NCBI GenBank assembly: GCA_019056805.1
Contig: DXJG01000004.1
Location: forward strand, 210,001 to 242,000
Length of the DNA stretch: 32,000 bases
From: Candidatus Baldrarchaeota archaeon
GTDB taxonomy: Archaea > Asgardarchaeota > Baldrarchaeia > Baldrarchaeales > DXJG01
Reading direction: 5' to 3'
Below, in pieces: positions 28,624 to 32,000 of this stretch. Each line of letters starts with the position of its first letter. Positions within the stretch are counted from its first letter, which is position 1. The notes below the pieces were generated by a model. It was not told the origin of the DNA, did no database searches, and was given only the letters and a program-made list of their open reading frames with translations. The position numbers and the translations under genes are program-made.

Positions 28624-29551
28624 GTGTTTCTGGTGATCACTTCATCAAAATCTATATGTATAAGGTTATTGAAGAAGGAAGATGCTAATGACCTAGTTAA
28701 GTTATATGAATTAATTGGCTGGAAACTTACAAAGAAACAAGTAATAAAATGGGTAGAATATTCAAGACGTGGCAAATACACTAGAATTTTTGTAGCAGAA
28801 CTTAAGGGAAAAGTCATAGGCAAAATTACACTTGACACAGCATTTCCACCTTACGCGGAGATAGTAAATGTTATTGTACACCCTGATTACCAGAAACTAG
28901 GCATAGGTTCCAAACTAATTAAAGAATGCATTAAAATTGCAACCAACGATGGATACAACATAATTTATTTGATGTGTGACCCGGTAAATAAGAAAATTCA
29001 TCGTTTTTACGCTAAGCTAGGATTTATACCCGGAATTCTTGGAGATCCTAAAGATGCAAGAAGAGATACGTGGCTATACTATTTCTCCGAAGAATCTTTT
29101 GTCCGAAGATTCTTGGAAGATCATCCTTTCTCAGAGTTTCATGTATCTCGAAGAAAGATGAACTTTCACGGATTAACATTTTAACTCAATGAAATGGATT
29201 GACCCCATTACAGGTGACACTTTAGAGATTCTGATTAAAGGTCGGCCTGGCCAGCCTGAAAGCGGTGGAACTATGCCTAGAATCAGCGGTGTAAGATGCA
29301 AATTAAAAGAAAAGAAATTTAGCTGCTGGATACAGGAAGAAAACAACAAGGTATCTCGCAACATTCTTGGAAAATTTAAATTAAACATTATAAATGAAGG
29401 AAGAAAAGAAATCTCCGTTTACATGAAACCCCTACTTCCAAATGGAGTTGAATTAACCAACGAAGTACCTGTCTATTTCCAAGCATATAATGGTGAACAT
29501 AAAGTATTGACCTTTAAACTAAAATTATTGAAAGTTTTGACATACCATTAG
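28624..29551 (+). pseudogene. GNAT acetyltransferase with a C-terminal extension, probably one gene split by a +1 base (pseudogene or sequence error)
   Basis: GNAT motif VHPDYQKLGIGSKL...FYAKLGF in 28624..29184. Removing one A at 29183-29184 reads ...FHGLTFYSMKWIDP... into 29189..29551. Confidence 0.6.
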
Positions 29552-29719
29552 AATATTTAACATTTCCCACCATAACCGCTTCACTAATGCTGAAAGTCGA
29601 TGATAATATGGAGATAATCGTATCAGCAGGATTCAAATAATATTTCAAATTTCATTTTGATTTCAAAATATAAAATAAATTCTCCTAACACCATTAAGCT
29701 CAAAAAATACATAAACACC

Positions 29720-30016
29720 CTATTAAAATCAATTCGTGAGGGATTCAGCCTAGTTGTATCAGAAGCCTTATGGAAAGGAGTTCCCGTTGTGGGCAGCCCA
29801 GTCGGAGGAATCCCTCTACAAATAATAGATGGCTTCAACGGTTTTCTCGGAAATAACGTCAAGGAAGCAGCCGAAAAAATAATATATCTACTTAAACACC
29901 CAGAGGAAGCAAAACGCATGGGTCTAAATGGGATTAATCACGTTAAAAGGAACTTCTTAATAACTAGACATCTCAAAGATTACCTAAAACTATTCATCGA
30001 ACTCAAAAACACTTAA
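29720..30016 (+). pseudogene. C-terminal remnant of a GT4 glycosyltransferase resembling trehalose synthase TreT
   Basis: KSIREGFSLVVSEALWKGVPVVGSPVGGIPLQI...HVKRNFLITRHLKDY matches the TreT C-terminus; the N-terminal ~300 aa are absent. Confidence 0.78.
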
Positions 30017-30197
30017 ACTTGTTTTAACACAATTTATCTGAAATACGTATTTTAAACAAACTGTAAAACGAAAAGTAGTAGAGGCCCTCCCCAAATCTAT
30101 TACAATCTAACTAACCCTAAATTAAAATAAGACACGGCTTAAGTATCTAATAAATATCATCCCTTAAGCCTCAGATAAAACCAATTCATATTTTAGG

Positions 30198-30482
30198 TTA
30201 AGGAAGAATGTTTTGGCTTCTCTGTATCTGCTTTACTTTCACGATATCAACACTGAAGAGCTTCATAGGTAAACCTTTGATATCAAGTACGTCTTCGAGC
30301 TTAACTTGAGTACTAGCTTCATACTCAACCAGTACGGGGACATTATTAATAATACATGGGAAAGCATACCTTACCTTACCATTATCCTCCTTTATGGAAA
30401 AGACACATTTCTTACCATCCACATAGTTCCTTATAAGCTCCTTAAACTGTTCCAATTTTTCAACAGTCACTCTTAACACCAC
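30198..30482 (-). CDS. Small hypothetical protein (94 aa), third gene of the small operon
   Basis: GTG start after GGGGTGA, 3 bp downstream of the previous stop codon. Confidence 0.7.
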   Translation of the reverse strand: MVLRVTVEKLEQFKELIRNYVDGKKCVFSIKEDNGKVRYAFPCIINNVPVLVEYEASTQVKLEDVLDIKGLPMKLFSVDIVKVKQIQRSQNILP

Positions 30483-30485
30483 ATT

Positions 30486-30680
30486 TCACCCCCGTAAAAC
30501 CTCTACACCAACACCATTCTTCCTCAATACCATTCTTCCATCCCTATCCCTAGCAACAACATAAACGTTATCAACATTCAAAACCACTTTCAACCTCTCC
30601 GTCAAAATCTCTACAAGCGCTGCAATCTCCCTGAGAAGCGGATCATCCGTCTCAGGAGTAATAAAAAATTTAGCAGCCAA
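30486..30680 (-). CDS. 64-aa protein resembling the N-terminal domain of the divergent regulator
   Basis: TTG start after GGGTGATGAGGGGGGAG; shares PETDDP.L with the ORF starting at 31076. Confidence 0.72.
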   Translation of the reverse strand: MAAKFFITPETDDPLLREIAALVEILTERLKVVLNVDNVYVVARDRDGRMVLRKNGVGVEVLRG

Positions 30681-30696
30681 TAGATCTCCCCCCTCA

Positions 30697-30819
30697 TCAC
30701 CCTGTTGGCCACGGATCTTGTGGATCTGCTAAAACAACGGCTGATATAATACTTACTAGTAAGAATATTAACCATAGATTTGCAAGCAACCAAATCTTCA
30801 ACCTACCAAATTTAACCAT
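30697..30819 (-). CDS. 40-aa signal-peptide-type precursor (MVKFGRLKIWLLANLWLIFLLVSIISAVVLA-DPQDPWPTG); absent from the ORF track
   Basis: Translated by hand: ATG at 30819 after GGAGGTG (30835-30829), TGA at 30699-30697 followed by a second TGA. Basic n-region, 23-residue h-region and a V-L-A cleavage motif. Confidence 0.75.
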   Translation of the reverse strand: MVKFGRLKIWLLANLWLIFLLVSIISAVVLADPQDPWPTG

Positions 30820-30870
30820 TACCTAAACACCTCCAACTTTATTTTGCTGAAATAGGTGGTCATGGGAGGG

Positions 30871-31037
30871 TATATAAATCACGGAAAATCCGGAAAAATA
30901 AAGGGACATAAATCCGAATTCGATAAATTTTACTGAAAAGTGTTTGAAAAATAGTAAAACGATGTATAGAGGGTTTATAGATCTTATGGATAAATTTTTA
31001 TAAGTTTTAAATTTTCCGTGATACGGGAAATTTTAAA
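30871..31037. promoter_or_regulatory. Divergent promoter with inverted 12-bp sites
   Basis: TTTATATA on the minus strand at 30878-30871; ATCACGGAAAAT at 30878-30889 and its exact reverse complement at 31011-31022. Confidence 0.55.
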
Positions 31038-31075
31038 AAATATGTGTTATACTTTAAATTTTGAAAGTGATAATA

Positions 31076-32000
31076 ATGGTAACAACAAATAGATACGATG
31101 ACCTCTTCCCCGAAACCGATGACCCGAAATTAAAAACTCTATTTGAAAAAATAAGGATCTATTTAGCACGCTGCGATGGTTTAATTAAAGATTCTAATCC
31201 AGGTATATTGGTTAAAAGAGACGATATGGGAACTTTTGATCCCTATCTTACTCCCAAAAGTAAAAAAGTATATGATACTATTATTTATAGGCTCAAAATG
31301 ATTAAGAAATATAGGATAAGCGATTTTGAACAAATACAGCGTCTACTTTCTCTAGATTTAGTTAGGGAAAAAAAGCTTAAGAGAAACGAGAGAAAGTTTT
31401 TGGAGGCTTTTATTGCATATCCTGATAAAAATTATACAGAAATTGCAAGGTTATTAGGCGTTACCCCGGCGGCAGTGTTATATAACTTAAAAAAATTCAA
31501 GGAAAAGCTTGGTTTGAGATTTGTTTCTCTCTTTGACTATACAAAATTTAAATTAAGAAAGTACGTGATATTTGTAAAATTTAAACATCCCTATGATAAG
31601 CGAACTGTTTTTAAGGTTTTTGAGAATCCTTCCCTTACAAGTTTCAATTTTGATACATTTTCCTCTGAGGGGAAACGATGGGGATGGTTGGGGTTTGTTG
31701 TACCTGATCAAAGAAGGGTACTAAAGGATTTTAGGGATTCCATTGCTGAGCTTGAAGGTGTATTGTTTGATGAAGTTAAGGTTTATGAAGAAAAGGGTAT
31801 AAGTCATGGTTGGAATTTGGATCGTTTTGATAATAGACGTTGGTTTTTTCAAGAGGATATGTGGATATATGGGCTCCTGAATTTCGTCGAAAAATATGAG
31901 GATATATTACCGCAACCTGATATTTTTTGTTTTTCTTATGAAACAATACCTTTTGATAATATAGACTTTCTCATATTTCTTTTTAAAAGAGTAGACTACA
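31076..32000 (+). CDS. Large multi-domain HTH (Lrp/AsnC-like wHTH) transcriptional regulator, truncated by the window edge; absent from the ORF track
   Basis: Hand translation is open from ATG 31076 to the end (308 codons). It contains LKRNERKFLEAFIAYPDKNYTEIARLLGVTPAAVLYNLKKFKEK (HTH), followed by FDYTKFKLRKYVIFVKF as in Lrp-type linkers. Confidence 0.8.
   Translation, partial: MVTTNRYDDLFPETDDPKLKTLFEKIRIYLARCDGLIKDSNPGILVKRDDMGTFDPYLTPKSKKVYDTIIYRLKMIKKYRISDFEQIQRLLSLDLVREKKLKRNERKFLEAFIAYPDKNYTEIARLLGVTPAAVLYNLKKFKEKLGLRFVSLFDYTKFKLRKYVIFVKFKHPYDKRTVFKVFENPSLTSFNFDTFSSEGKRWGWLGFVVPDQRRVLKDFRDSIAELEGVLFDEVKVYEEKGISHGWNLDRFDNRRWFFQEDMWIYGLLNFVEKYEDILPQPDIFCFSYETIPFDNIDFLIFLFKRVDY

Noticed and set aside
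12845-29919. Remaining short opposite-strand or alternate-frame ORFs (for example 13694..13987, 16654..16953, 17836..18228, 18268..18480, 20101..20388, 24476..24733, 25686..25946, 28614..28838, 29623..29919)
   Set aside because: They are shadows of recognised genes, with no independent RBS or family signal.
30611-30793. 60-aa minus-strand ORF from the track overlapping the pro-peptide and the 64-aa gene
   Set aside because: It has no RBS and overlaps two better-supported ORFs in other frames; the 40-aa frame has a GGAGGTG RBS and a coherent signal-peptide pattern.
1-32000. tRNA, rRNA, CRISPR array, transposase or integrase
   Set aside because: No GC-rich structured island, regularly spaced repeat array, DDE or tyrosine-recombinase motif, or terminal inverted repeat was seen by eye; a tRNAscan/Infernal run would be needed to exclude small ncRNAs.

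Overview
AT-rich archaeal chromosomal window (GGAGG/GGTGA ribosome-binding sites, TATA-like promoters). A 7TM-longin-like protein tentatively suggests an Asgard-related lineage; this is an inference, not a taxonomic assignment. From left to right it contains: (i) a redox/Fe-S block (SufR-like regulator, thioredoxins, TrmB-like HTH, CoA-binding protein, and an iscS-iscU-Cys-rich ORF-sufS operon); (ii) a phosphoribosyltransferase, CDF and DMT transporters, and two free-standing tRNA-editing genes; (iii) a 6-TM membrane protein plus a 1013-aa HerA/DUF87-like ATPase with zinc-finger repeats; (iv) an MFS transporter; (v) two GvpD/KaiC-like ATPase paralogs flanking a 7TM receptor-like gene; (vi) a fucose-isomerase-like gene, an XPD helicase, a SIS protein, a GNAT and a TreT remnant; (vii) a right-end cassette that the ORF track largely misses. 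That cassette is the best candidate for an undescribed system. A 40-aa signal-peptide precursor ending in DPQDPWPTG, a 64-aa protein and a 94-aa protein are transcribed divergently from a large HTH regulator whose N-terminal domain resembles the 64-aa protein (shared PETDDP motif), and a 12-bp inverted repeat lies between them. The layout resembles a peptide-signalling (quorum-sensing-like) module. Three genes (alaX, MFS, GNAT) are broken by single-base indels in short homopolymer runs. No tRNA, rRNA, CRISPR array or transposase was seen. All family calls are from motif recognition by eye; no searches were run.
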